64,000 bases of DNA from Ascidiella aspersa (taxonomy: Eukaryota): contig OZ004608.1 of the NCBI GenBank assembly GCA_963924565.1, positions 25,730,001 through 25,794,000 of the forward strand, written 5' to 3'. A program made the position numbers and the translations under genes. The notes below the pieces were generated by a model, which did not search any database, was not told the DNA's origin, and was given only the letters and a program-made list of their open reading frames with translations. Positions 39,501 through 54,500 of this stretch are shown piece after piece; positions within the stretch are counted from its first letter, which is position 1, and each line of letters begins with the position of its first letter.

Positions 39501-42500
39501 CTTAAACCAAAAATCTACGTCGCTGCGACGTCAAATTGTTAGCTGGGTTACTGCTTACGAACATCGTAAGGTTCTGGCTCCGGATATTTTATAAAAGTAA
39601 GTTTTATTTTTTATTTTACTTCACATATTATAGAAACAATGACGCAAGCTTTATTTATTTGCGTGAAACAACTTTGAGTTGGGCATTGTCTTAGATTGCA
39701 GTTCGCAAAAATTTAAGTCAATTGTCTTACGTATAACAGAGATACCTAAAATGTATGCCGAGCGACTGTTAAGGGATGCTGCGACTTTGTTCTGGCTTTT
39801 TTAATGTGTCGTATGCTAAAAAATATATGAAAACCACTACCGTATACCCTTAAAATCAGAGTTGACTATGTGTAAAGTCTTGCAGCAGCATAAAAGTTTT
39901 TACAGATTCTATATTGATAATACCTTCTCTATGCCGGTTGAACCACCGATTTGGTTAAAGGGTATAGCATTTGAGAGAGAACACACATATTTAGCCACTG
40001 CACAATGCAATGTCTAAAGAAATAAAAACGCTGCGGACTGAATGGTGATTTAAAATTGACGCCTCCTATATACATTTTCGAAACTAAATTTAATTTGTAA
40101 GCGAAATCCTACATTGCGGGTCCCTCTTGCTCTTGGGCCTCGATGCAGGACTGCACCGCTGGTATTTACTGCCCTGGGCGCATATTAAATAACATCTGTG
40201 TTCAGAATTTCAAGCAAACTTTCGCTGTGACGACTCCAGATCTAGCAAGAGAAGTGATGAGGAATAACGCATCTGTTCAATCAGATGGCGGCGAAGCTGT
40301 GTTTGGATATACACTACTGTCGAAGTAAGGTTCACAAAAATAATGTATTGGATTAAGTAGAAGCATATTTATTCCGCAATATTGTGATAATATAATTCAG
40401 AAGAAGTTCGTCTACAAATATATCAATATTTTAGAGTTTCTGGCGAGGAGATTTTGAACACGGAAATTAATGCGACAATGTTTACAATGATGCATGTTAT
40501 TTTGGACATTCCTCAACCAGGTGAAACAGTAACCTATGTTTAGTTCCTGAAAACTGCGACATGCTATTGGTTCTCGTTTCAACTATAGTAGCTCGCTGTT
40601 GAAATATTTGTATAGTGTTTGAGAAAGTCTCAAAACAACTCTTTGTTTATGCGGGAATATACAAAATTACTGTTTTGTTCTATGCTGAATTTTTTTTTGT
40701 CCACCAATGGTGAATAATAGAACTGTGGGAAAGTAGACTATAGAAAAGAAGGTAGGTGATGTGGCTGGCTTATTCCCATTGGCCAAGAAAGTTGTTGGAA
40801 ATTTCTGAATGGGTCAGTAGTATCTGAGCCCATAGTCCTCGGACAACCTGTTTCCACTAGGGATCAGGTGCTGCCACGAAATAGAGTCTGAGTTTGAATT
40901 GAGCATGGCAGTAGTAAACATTTTAATCTATTTGTTTGTGGCGTTGGGTATGGTTAGGTTTAATATATTGGTAAAGGTGTGTTGAATATAAGTTGAATTT
41001 GCCTTTAATTGTGTAGCGAAAAAAAAACAGGTTCCCCTAGGGCAGAGATTCCCAACCTTACGATCTAGTACCACTTGGACGCTCTGAGTACCACTTGGAC
41101 GCTCTGTACTGCCACGCGTACCATGTAACTGTTATTGAACATTTTATTCCAAAATATTTTATCTTAAACCTAGCATTTTTACGCTATTTGTAGCTTAAGC
41201 TATAAAACACTAGATGATATTTATCAAGATTATATCTATCATTAAGCTATAAAACAGTAGATGATATCTATCTAATTACGTAACAATAAGAATAGGCTTC
41301 GGGGAATTTGGTTTGGTAAACAAAACAAAATAAACAAAATAAAAAGTTGTAAAACCATTTTTTTGTAAAACAAAAATAGAAGCTATACTTGCGTACCACC
41401 TGCAACACCTTCGCGTACCTCTAGTGCAGCGTTTCTCAACCGGGGCGCCGCGGCGCACTGGTGCGCCATGGAAGGCTGCCAGGTGCGCCGCGAGCAAAAG
41501 GAAAAAATAGTTTAATATATAAAACATGTATTTTTACTTTTCTATTAGGCTTAGCTAAGCGTGGTCCAACTGCAGGCCCGCGGGCCAAAGTTGGCCCGCG
41601 AACTGATAGTCAGCTTTGCTTCAATCTAGCAATATCACTTCACGTTTTGTTTTTTTAATTTTTTGGTGTTTAAATTATTTCATAACTACCCTAACTTAAC
41701 AAAGGTGTACATTCCATAAAGCTAGTATATACGCCATAGACTATGTATAATTTGCCAGCAATAAGCCTATGAATCGCAATTTAAAAACATTGGCCCGCAA
41801 GATAAAATAAACCTTGTTTTTGGCCCGCGATGAAAAGAAGTTGGACCACCCTGGCTTAGCTGATTGATTCCACAGTACTTTCAAGTAGAAAACACAGGAA
41901 TACCTACAAAGCAACAATATCGATTCTCTATAATACCATATAATTAAGACCAACGACATAATAACGCCAAATTCGCAATAATATCCACGACTGAATAAAA
42001 ATCTAAAATAGTCTAGATAAGATCTAAACATATCGAATTAAGCCCCAAATTAATCGGAATAAGCCAAAATTACGCCTAGTACTGTAACGAAAGGGTATGG
42101 GATGATTGGGGGACACATGTCTGGCATTGGCCGTTTGCTATCTTTTTGGGCTCCGCTGTTTTGGCCTCGGATTTTTGCCTCTGTTTGGGCTTATAGGCGG
42201 TAGTTGGTGGTGTTAGCAATTGGGCTAGGGTTAGAAATACTCCGGGAGTTTGTGTTAGTTATGGGTGGTGTTTGGGGTTAGATAAAAGGTTGTATTGGCC
42301 TTATTTTGGCGATTTAGGTCTGATTCCGATTTCGTTATTTTTACGCCTTATTCCTAACCGGCTTTTATTCCGAAGTTGACGTTGTTCTTATTTTGGTCTC
42401 AAGGCTGGATCTCTTCAAAGATATGCAACTATAGCCTATATAATAAAAAATGGCAAGCAATTAAGAGTAATACAGGTACACCTCAAAAATTTTGCGCTCG

Positions 42501-45500
42501 CTTAGCTCGCAATGTGCGCCGCAACGTTTTAAAATAGCTTTTTAAGAAAATTTAAGAAACACTGCTCTAGCGGTACGCGTACCACAGGTTAGGAACCACT
42601 CTCCTAGGGAAAAAGAGGACTCCTATGCAAATTACATCCACACGAAGCTATTTAACTTATTGAAAAATAAATCTCAAATTTGTATTAGACCGGATTTTCA
42701 GCTGTGACTTGAGAAAAGTGTTTTGTAGATTATTTATTTTAGGACGTCACATTAGGACGAAATGTTGTGATGTCATTTCTAAAAAAATTCTAGACCCTCA
42801 GCAAAACAAAAATCCTGTATCCCCCCTGCTCACGTACGACAACGGTTATTATGAAACATATTGTTTAAAATGTAGAGAAAAAATTGATTTTTACAAAAGT
42901 TTAAATTTATTATCTGTTCCAGAAAAAGACACTTCTGCCACCAAAGAAACAAACACAGGTATAATTTATTCAATCAATGGAGTGGATAAGACAATCAAAT
43001 AGCCTAAACACTGCTTAAATTAAAATTAGTTCTAAACATGCTTTTTATTTTCATAACATTGGTAATATTCTTACCTTTTCCTTCGGGGAGAATGTATATA
43101 TATATATATATAATAGATTCACACTTAGGTAAGACCTGTATTTGCAGAATTATTTGAACGCGTTCGAACAAACTCCATAAATCTTACAAGCAAGGTTGAA
43201 AACTTCCACAACTATTTATTGCCAACCGGTTCAAGTGTAACTTCAATAAGTGATGGCGGTGGTGACATGTACGACGGTGGAAACAAAGTAAGTGTTTCCG
43301 CACTTTTTTTAAAGAACCATAGTACACGCCGGCTAAGTAGATTTTCCTACCAGATACAATCGTGAAAAAAGAAGGTTTAGTTTAGCATTTCGTCCGAAAG
43401 TAATTTCATGACTTGATTCCTGTTTTGAAATCTAAATATATCGTTGCATTGTAATGCAAGTTAATATTTCAACTTTTTTTAGGTGTACTTTAAAGTGGGA
43501 AATGCGCCTCGCCGTCTTGCAATATACAACAGAAATTACACGTAAGTTAAGAGAATTAAATTGATCTTGGTTAATCAAGATAATCTATCCTTTAATATGT
43601 ATGCAATGCAGTTTTATTTAACACCATTTGTTTAGGGGTCCAACGTACATCTTTAAAGCCATCGTCATGCATCCATTCACAGCCATGTTTTTTCTTAATG
43701 CAAATTCAGGTCCGGAGAGGTATTCTTTACAGGTTAGCCAAAATGTTTTAAATTGACTTGTGAAGAATTATAATGTTGAATTGAAATAAAGATAACATTT
43801 TTTTATAAAAGGTGGAATCCAATCTAGGATCCGATGGAAACGGTAGGTTTCTAAGTTTTACAGGCTCTGTCAAATCGAGAAACTACACGTTACAGTTTGG
43901 AGGGGCACAGGTTTATTCCGCTGGCGACTCCACTGTTTGTGAAGTTTACTTTTTCTTGCCACTAGCACCGGTAAGTTAACAAACTAACATAAACGCATTA
44001 ACATCCCCTTGATGTACATGTGGCTTTCTTTGGGACTTTGTACATTGAACCACATATTAATGGTGTGAAACTTTTAAAATGTTTATATTGTTATTACTGG
44101 TGTACACCGTATAAACTAGCCTTAAAATACAGGTATATTGTTAAATAATATAAAGTCGTAAGTATGTTTCCATTATTTAGCAGGAATTTTATTAACCAAA
44201 TGGTTGGAGTTTTCCTAACCGAAAGCACAAGGATCAGTTAATGTAAAAAGGGGTATGTAAAAAATTTGTTAATATTTGTGTTTAGAATTCGAACCGAACT
44301 TTCGCTGTGACGACTCCAGATCGAGGAAGAGCAAATATGAGGAATAACGCTTCTGTTCAATCAGGTGGTGGAGAAGCTGTGCTTGGATTTACACTACTAT
44401 CAAAGTAAGGTTCAGGGCAAACATGTAGGAACTAACAAAGGCTGATTTGCTTGTAAACTGATTTACCAAAAAATTATAATATCTTTGAGATTAAGTGGAT
44501 TTGTTTAATTAATTTACGAATATTGCAGACCTTCCGGCGTAGAGATTTCGCGAGCAGAAATCGACGCGACAATGGTTACTATGATGCAGACAATCTTGGA
44601 TGTTGATGATACAGGTAATTAATGGAAGGCATAATGTGATGATGCAGCTGACCATAATAAGCTGACCATAATAACTTATCGTGTTGTTTCATCTAAATTT
44701 AGAACCTGCTGTCGAAACGGGGATGCGAGCATTTTTTTGTCTGACTCTTACTCACACTCAAAACGTGCTCACGTTTTAAAGGCAGTTTAAAATGTGCGCA
44801 CATTCTGAAAAACGCTATACTTTCCGAATCACAAATCTTTGTTTATTTTGTTTAAAATATTATTATATTTTTTATAATAATTTTAAATTAAAAAAAATTA
44901 AAAAGTACGTCCTAAAATACAGTAATAACATTTTTTAATAAACTAAAAATTACTGTTTATTAACACTATCGAAAATACGTTTTACTTTACTTTGTATTAA
45001 TAGCAAATTTTACTTTGTATTAATAGTTCTTTGTATTAAATAGTTCCCAAAACAACAAACGCAACGAAATCAACAAAACCAAGATATACAGGTAAATTTT
45101 CAAGAACTGCTTTTTTGATTTTTTAAAAACTATGCCATAGTTACTGTTATAAAATCAGTTGTCAAGCGAATTGTATTTAAATATGTAAACTCAACACTGA
45201 TTTTGTTCATTTTTACAGCCTGCCAATATAGCACCTAGCTAAACTTAGTAAGCTTGTCTTATGAAATTAGTTGTTTTGACCACGAACACAACATCAGCAG
45301 CCATTATGAGAAAATGGATTTAAGATAAGTTAAATGTATACCACGTTGACGTTTAATTTAAACGACCTCTTACCAGCTCAAAGAATTTTTAAACAAACAA
45401 TATGTGATCTTTTTAAACTAACATATTGTGTTTTTCAAACAAACGTTATGTGATCTGCGTTTGTAGTCATCTTCGAGAACATTCGCAAGAACTCTGCAAA

Positions 45501-48500
45501 TTTGAGTAGAAAAGTTGAAAACTTTCACAACTATATTTATCCGTCTGGATCTGATATAACTTTTATCAGCGACGGTGGAGGAGACATGTACGATGAAGGC
45601 AACAGGGTTAGTAATTACTATAATCTAAAAACGAGAAGTTATAGGGTAAATAACGAAACATCGTGACACATTATGACGTTACATTCAAAGGGTGCAACAA
45701 AAGGCCTACCTTATATGGCTTGTTTTTTATGGATTGCATTTTCTTTCAGGTGTACTTTGTCGCTGGAAATACTACTCGTCAAAGTGCAACATACAACAGA
45801 ACTTACACGTAAGAAAGGAAATGATCAAAGATAGTCAATTTGTTAACACAATTGAGCTTACAGCGTTATTCTTTGCAGGGGATCTCATTACACGTTTACA
45901 ACCATAGCTAAACATCCATTTACGGCATTGTTTGTCCTTGGTGAATATTCTGGTCCTGGAAGTTACTCGATACATGTAAGTATTAGCACCTTTATTAAAG
46001 GTTGCAGTGTTACAATCTTGTTTTTAGCATTATACCATTATAGACAATCGTCCAGTATACCTCAAATAATATTCAACACTTATATTTCAACACTACACTT
46101 TTTTAAAAGGTGGATTCCAACCTCGGATCTGACGGTACAGGAAAGTTTCGGAGACTTCACGGAACAGTTCCCTGGCGAAACTACACTCTTCGGTTTGAAG
46201 GAGCACAAGTTTACTTCGCTGGGGACTCCACAGTTTGCGAAGTTTTCTTTTACCTGCCTCTAAGTTCGGTACGTTATTTGAATTAAATGTGATGTGGTAA
46301 ACATTCGTAATCAGACCAAATATTTTACAATAATGTAGTACATGCCTTCGTAAACGCTTAACAAAATCAGTCGGCCTTATCAGGTTTATCGTGCAAGCAA
46401 GATCAAATTAGAAAAACAATGAGCCTTTTTGAAGGCATCCAGTGTACTACTTAATGTATGTCTTTATCGTTGGTCAGTACGACCCAGAAGGACTTCATAA
46501 TAGAATATACACCTTGTGTATATGGCTGATATAGTTACCGAAAACGGACTATAGATTCATGTACAAACGGGATGCACCAGTAACGGTGCCTTTTATCGAC
46601 CAGCTCACACTTAGCGTGAGTAAGCTCAGTCTGTGAAACGACGGTCCCGGTTTGACCCAAAGTCGTGAGTTTGCACCCTTTCGCAGGCTGAATGTTTCTG
46701 ACTTAGTTCGGCCTCGTCGGCTACCTCTACGCTTATTCCTACTCTTACCGTACCTCTACTCGTACGTTAATCTGCCCACCAGTAAATCATTCCAAAGCTA
46801 AAATTAAAAGTATGTTTTAGCATGTGTATACAAATAAAGTTATGTGAACATATTACTAAATCCCACTGGTTTATATGTACATATCCGAAACAATGCGCAA
46901 AAAATTTACGAGCATATTGTATATGAAAAAAACCACGTCCCTGTTGTCCATAAGTGATTAAACACCAAATATACACATTTTATGCATAATATAAGGTTGC
47001 AGTTGCAATTAGAGTTTAGGCCTTAAAGCAGGTGGTACCGCTCACTTGTGATCTTTGCGGAATTACAACGTGGTGTTGTAGATCTTTTCTTGATGCTGAG
47101 ACACCAAATGCACATAACATTGCGTTATTAAAATCTAATCGTCTTACAAACTTATTTATTTTAAACCCATTTCAAAAACTATAAAAAAACTATAAAGTTC
47201 AAGTGTGTTATACACAAAACAAAAGTGACAAGTAGATTTATAAGTTTTACGTTTTACCTTGGTTGTATATAAATTACTAAGGTGTGCAAACGTGCGCCTC
47301 CTTGTGGGCGCCAAAAAGTTTTTTGGGGGGCGTTGTGAATCTTCTCTTGATTTTGAGGCACCAAATTCACATAAACGGGCGTTAAAATCTCATTGCATTA
47401 CAAATTTATTTTTACTTAAAGCGCGTTTTAGAGGCTATACAGTTCAAATGTATTATTGATAAAACAATAGTGACAAGTAGGACTCTTACCATACCATTTG
47501 GGAAGGGCAAAAATTTGGTTTAAATTGGCAAAACGTTTAGCGCAGCGATTACATTATAATAATACATTGCTCTATATATGTGAGGGCCATTCACTATACA
47601 CTGCGGCAACGCAAAACAGAAATCACTTATAAAGTTCGCAGAGTTGCGGCTAATGTTATTTTAACGTAAATCGATTTATACGAAGCGCGAAAAATGCATT
47701 TAGTTGGTTAAAGTTGAGAAAAAAAGGCTAGTGTGGGTCATAACTCCGTGGCCTGATAAAGTATTGAAATCACCTTAGGAACAGGCCAAAGAGGTCATTC
47801 AAATGTAATTAAATATTTTGGCGTGTTTAACACATAAATTTAGTTCATAGATTATTGTCTGCCATAAATACTCGACTGATTTAATTTCAAAATCACTTAA
47901 AAAAGAACTATTGAGGATTCGGGGTTATTTCATGTCAATTCAACACAGGAAATAACAAATGTAAACACATCATTTTAGATTTTACTAAAACCTGTAAAAT
48001 TGTTGTCGACAAACTCAAAACAAAAAATCCTAAATTTGTGCCGAATGCTTTCATAAAAATGATATTTTTATGAAGAGAATGTTTTGTGTGTTTTTGCAAG
48101 GAATAGTGCAAATAGTGTCATGCTTTTTGACCTTGGAATTGTATTGTTTTGTCAGTTTGAAATAACACATAACAATATTTATAGGTCGCCATTACAAATA
48201 CGCTTTCGGACATTATATTTGTCTGAATTGGCGTAAGTCGAAATTTAATTTAAGGCAAATTAAGTTAAACAGGACAAAATCTAAATCAGACAATGAATAT
48301 GCAAAATATTTATCACCAAATATTTGATTTAACCTAAATTGAACAACATTGCTTTCCGATTTAGACTAAATCGTACAACAAACATATAAATCGGAAAGAA
48401 CTTTAAATCGACAATTAATGATGTCCCTTTAACGCAAAGTTTATTTAAATTAAATCGGCGAGAATTAATTTCCAAAATACGTTTATCGCGAGTTCTTTGC

Positions 48501-51500
48501 AAGGCGTATTTAAATTTGTCAAATTCCTGTTCTGTCTTAAGTTTACAATCACGCTGATGTGTTCAGGTTAGGCGCGGTTTTGTTGTTCATACTTAATTCA
48601 CAACAAAACTGGTCAAAAAATTAGAAAACGTATAAACATCCAATGGGAACATATACCCCAGAGGGGACATATACGGCATGGAAAAATAAGCAAATACATT
48701 TCCTCAAATAATTCCGCATTTCAACATCTTGAGTTTCGGTGATGAAGCTAATGCACAACGGCACATGAGGGGCTTCGTAGCAACCCCTAAAGAGGTTATT
48801 TCGGACATACGAAGTATATGAGTTACAAATTTATTCATTTTTCTAAAAAAAAGCCTTGTTTTACTACACAGTAGTCCTATATATCGATTTAAAATTCCAA
48901 ATGATTTTTTAGTATTAAAAAAAGTGTGGCCACTAACTTAGAAACAAATGTGGTCTGCCAGTTGACAAAGTTTGAGAATCGCTGTGTTAACCATTAATTC
49001 ATAACTGATCGTCAACACGGAAGTGTAGGCCTTGTGCCCTAAAGTAACTAATTCCTGTCAAAAGTAACTAATTCCTGTTAAACTACGTAAATTGACATTA
49101 ACTTTGGTTCGTGTCGCAATTCTTTTTAGTTTTTTCACTTTTCTTCAATGTAAGGTATGTGTGTTTTATGTGAGGTCTGTATATCTTCCGAGTTAAAAAG
49201 TTGTCTTTTTAAACTCAATAAAACGCTGGTTTGAAAACACTACCTTAATCCAATCCTGATAGCTAATGCGGTATCATTTGACATCAATTCAATAATGCTA
49301 TTTTCTTAAAAATGGATTAATTAAAATTGTGTTCACATTTTCTTTTGTTAAGATATTCTTAGACCATTTATATTTTTAAACGTTGGTAAACTAAATGACT
49401 TTTTTAGTACCGGCAATCTTAAAAATATCGATGCTATTATTTTGTTCAACTATATAACGTTTAAAAGATAATAAGCGTACACGTATTAACATAAATATGT
49501 TAATAAGTGGGGGTGTGGCCTTTAAAATAAAGCCATGTCAAGAATCTTGTCAAAGATTTGCTTTTGCTTTTAGAATTTAGACAGAACCTTTACGGTTAGT
49601 ACCCCCATTCGTAACAGAGAGCGGATGGCAAATAAGGCGTCCGTACAGTCAGGTGGAGGTGAAGCTGTGCTCGGATACACGCTCTTGTCGAAGTAAGCTT
49701 CGTAAATTAATAAAATTTAAAAACAAATATCATCGATTTTGGTAAAAATTGTTTGACATTTTAAAGCAGTGGTTCTTCACCGGAGGGGCGCGCCCCCTAG
49801 CTCTAATTCAATATTTAACTTTATGTAGTGATTTTAATGGTTTCGTTTGGGGTTTATTCTGTTTTTATAATGTCCTATACTTAAAAGTGACAGACGAAAT
49901 TGTTTATGGATTTGCGATTTGCGAGCTTCGCTAGTAATTTGTAAGTTGTGAACATGGGCTGGACACTTGGGTAAGTTGTGAACACGCAATCTAAGTTGTT
50001 TAATTGGGTTGGCCACTACTACTACGTCTCTACAAACTTTGTTTTTTGCCCTACTTTAACATTAAAACTGCAAAAACGTTTCGCGCTACCGGTAGGCCTA
50101 CGCGCAAATGATTTATTTTGTTTTTGTTCTGTTTCGTTGACAACTTTTTTTGAACACAAAGTCTCTGCAAGTACCATTGTATGTTTTTTCGAAGATATAA
50201 TGTTCATCGAAGATATAACGGCCCTATTCGAATTACAGTTTGGCTAACTCATAAATAAACCATAAAAGTTATACCCTTTTTCAACTATTTTATGCTATCA
50301 GGCTAGAAATACTGAGATACGAACCTTTTTTTAGCTAATTCACCTAATTAAACTAAAAAAATTTTACCGAATTGGTTTTCGTAGGGGGGCGCTAAGCACA
50401 GGACAATTACCAAAGGGCCGCGGTTCAATACAGGTTAAGAACCACTCTTTCAAAATGTTTAAGAGCGAAAGCTAAGCTCCTAACTGCTATATTAAACTAA
50501 TTGATATTTATTTTATTTTGGGTAATGTTTCTCTGATGCCAATAAAGCTGCATAACTAGAGAATAACATTATAACCGTTAAGGCAATAATTAAAAACCTT
50601 CATTTCACAATCTCCTGGTTGTTGGGCACATTGCAGACCTTCCGGTAAAAGAATTTCGAGTGCTGAATTAAACGCGACAATGTTTACGATGATGCAGATT
50701 ATTTTGACAGGTCAATCAGGTATGCTTCGTTTTTTATACTTCAAGAATTTTTGTCATAAATGTTACATTTTTCGGTGCAATTTACCTCATGCATTTCAAT
50801 ACACGAATTAGATTCTTTAGAGACAATGGTGACTACGAATACAACGATGGTGACTACGAATACAAGTACGACACCAACAGGTATTTTACTGTACTAAAAG
50901 CAGCAAATCTATATTTATTTTTCTTAAATAAGGCATAGATTCAAAAGAAACATTTAAAAAGACAAATAAGTTAAATTATTTTTGACAGTCCTGTGTTCCG
51001 ACCAAAGTGCGATCGCTCTCAGCTTAATCCTTAATGTGTGAACACGTTTATAGTGTGAACAATAAACATGATTGCCTAACAGTTGTTTTAATTGACTACA
51101 CTTAAATACAAAGCTATGTTCCAAAACTTAAATTGCTGATAACGTCATCTTTTACATATTTTGATATTAATCTTTGTTTTTTTGATCGATGATTTTATTT
51201 CACGATTTCGTTATTTTTTTTAAAACAGCTTCTTCAACATCTTCGACGGCATTTGTAACAAAAACAACTCGAGGGCCCCCTACAGGTATGTTATTTAAAA
51301 GTATGTTTGCTGAAAAGCAACACACATTCTTAATATCCAACATCAATTTTCTCCGTACAAAAAACTTTGTTAAAACTGGAAAAGTAACAACATCGACAAA
51401 TCGTTCGCATAACTTATTTTTCAGTTGCTACATCTGAGCTTATCGCAATGCTGCAAGCAAACTCAAGAAACATCACAAATAATATCCCAGACTTTCATCG

Positions 51501-54500
51501 TTACACATATACTACTGGAAGTTCAGTAAACTCCATTTCGGACGGTGGTGGAGATATGTATGATGGTGGTAACAATGTAAGTCACACGAACGCAAAATTA
51601 AACTTTGTTTTGCATACATGCTTTCTTAACGCCTTGTTTTCTGTTCAATAATACATTTTTAATATCACCGCTTTTAAACTCCTGGTCTTAAGTTTTACTG
51701 GCGACAATTTTTTTTAAGGTATATTACGCCGCTGGAAAACTATCCAAACAAAGGGCGGTTTATAACAGAACTATCAGGTAAGTGCGATCAACCTAAATAA
51801 TTAAACTCGCATTATGCTTGTTTATAAAAAAACGAGTTATTCTATATTTAAAAAATTAAAAAAGCGTAGTTTCGCAGGGTAAGTTCTCTTATCACGCTCT
51901 AAACGTCAAACTGTGCATTATTGTGTCTTAAATTCGCTTTCTTTCAATACTCAACCTGTAAGAAAAACTATATATAGCTGGAAATTTTGTTTTGTTTTAG
52001 ACGTGACACATTTACGTTTACCACGCTGAACATGTACCCATTCATGGCAATGTTTGTCCTTGATCCCAACCCAACTGTACAAAATTATTCAATCCAGGTA
52101 AGCAAAAAAATGTTTGTAAATATATATTTTGAACAAGTCATTCTGTAGCTGTCAAAATCGGATATGCTCACCTCACTTTACACATAACTACAGCTAGATA
52201 AGTGTCTGGTATTTGTCCCGGTTTCACAACTACGTGATTTGCTGTAAATTATGGTCAAGTGCGTACTTTCCAAGTTCACTAATTTTATTTGGACACTTAT
52301 TCAACGAAGGTTCTTTTTAAACTGAGATAAATTAATCAAAATCAAGTTAAATAACCCGTTCTAAAAACACGGTGCTCTGCTTAATTTACTTTTGAAACGA
52401 GGCAATCTACTAAATATGTAAAATTGTAATGCATATACGCCAAATAAATTTTTAAAAAGATTTATTTCGTAACTTTTCAGGTCGAGTCAAACCTGGGAGC
52501 AGATGGAAATGGCGTTTTTGAAAGGTTTAATGGTACAGTTTCATTTCAAAACTACACGTTAGAGTTTCGTGTGGCGCAAGTTCATTCGGCTGGAGACCCG
52601 TCAGTTTGCGAAGTTTACTTTTTTATGCCCTTAAATTCGGTAAGTTATTCCGTTGAATGTAATTTATACTTGCGGATTGTAATTTATGGTTTAGGACTTG
52701 AATATGTTTTATTGGTCAGCCAACTTTTTTTGAAAAGTTGACATCATTTTTTCGTTTTAACGTAGCCTAATGCTTTTACGTAGCCTAATGCAAGTAAAAT
52801 TAAAAATCGTTTTATATATTTTTCTTTGTTTATAGGCAGCAAACATTAAACACCATTTTGTAAAGTTATAGTTATTGTTCGTTGAAAATTCTCAAATAAT
52901 ATTTACTACCTTTTACAGCTTTATTACTGATATATAAATTTACAATATGTTTTCGGATTGTTGATTCTTAGAGTTCAGAATATACGCTAGACTTGGAAAC
53001 GCCCATTCGGAACACCCAAAGTTTTGCAAATAACGCTTCCGTTCAAACGTCGGGTGGAAAAGCTGTGTTCGGATACATTTTGTTATCCAAGTAAAGTTTT
53101 AGGCATAAAGCATATGTGTTAATAGCATTTTTTTGTACGAAAATGTTTATCGCATTGTTTCGTTCTATGGATAAGGTGATTGTTTTCGTAATGATCAATT
53201 TGAATTTTTGGAATTTGGGTATGCAACTATTTTTTTAATAATTAACAATTTTTCAAGAAACGAATTTAATTCAACGCCTGTAATATCTACGCAGAGCTTC
53301 CGGGCAAAAAGTTACTAAGCAAGAAATCAGTGATACTTTGTATACTGTGATGCATATTATCCTAGGAGTGCAACAGACAACAGGTATAGATGTTTAACTC
53401 GTAGATTGGTGTTAAACCTATTTTAGTTATATCTCCTAACGTGAATAGAATATTTTTTAACTTGAAGTTGTTTTACTTAAGAACTTTATAATGTGACCAC
53501 ATCATCACCCATTCAACCAACATCATCTAGTAAAGGTTGGTGTATTGTTATGGAAACCAATTTAGGAGACTTTTAAGATTTTGCTTTTGAGTTTTTGGAT
53601 TTAGTAAACTATATCTAGCTTATTATAACAGATAAGCAAAGAAAGATATCGTTTTTTATAACCCTGTGTGCTACAATTTATGACATATTTTATGATGTAA
53701 ACTTTTATGTGTTAAATTTACAAAAAAATAATGCTGTGTCGTCGACTGTAATACGATTAAAGAATTAACAATTAGCGCGCAACATTGCATTATTTCGTCA
53801 TCTTTAAACATAATTTTTATATTGATCATGTATTCCATTTAAAACATTTGCCTTTATCAAAACTCTTCTTTCTTGATGAATTGATTTTACGATTTCGTTC
53901 TTGTTTTTAAACAGCTTCTTCAACGTCTTCGACGGCATTTGTAACAAAAACAACTCGAGGGCCCCCTACAGGTATATTGTTAAAAAGCATGTTTGCTAGG
54001 TGTATTCCTATGGAACTAATTTAGGAGCTTAAACAAGAATTTGTTTTTGATTTTGTAGATTCAGTAAATTAAATCTAGCTTATTATAACAGGAAAGCAAA
54101 GTAATATATCGTTTTCTTATATACATATTTCCGCTACAATCTATGAAATACTTTAAGCTGCAATCTTTATTCTGCTAAATCGACTTTGTTACGATTAAAG
54201 AATTAACGATGAGTCTTTAAAATATACTTTCGACTTTGTGGTCTGAGTCAAAATCAGTGTCATTGTCGTCATTAACTTGCATAAGGGCGAGGAGATATTT
54301 TATTTTTACATATTCACTGATTTTGACTCAGACAACAAAGTCGAAAGTATACTGATTTTGACTCAGACAACAAAGTCTAAAGTATACTGATTTTTACTCA
54401 GACAACAAAGTCGAAAGTATACTGATTTTGACTCAGACAACAAAGTCGAAAGTATACTGATTTTTACTCAGACAACAAAGTCGAAAGTATACTGATTTTG

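Larger units (their letters stand above)
34167..39547. mobile_element. Non-autonomous CACTA/EnSpm-like (CMC) DNA transposon, 5,381 bp
   Basis: Perfect 11-bp TIR CCCAGCTAACA..TGTTAGCTGGG with a 2-bp TSD (TT). The empty site 'catgttactg' is seen in the paralogous intron near 22593. Long AACGT/GACGT-rich subterminal arrays lie at both ends. No transposase ORF is visible. Confidence 0.85.
16316..45403 (+). repeat. Tandem segmental duplication: copy 1 16316-28410 (domains 3-5), copy 2 28411-45403 (domains 6-8, including a 5.4-kb insertion)
   Basis: Near-identical introns and exons. The junction '..aaacaatat|gaaacagactatt' at 28410/28411 matches the start at 16316 and the end at 45403. Confidence 0.95.
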
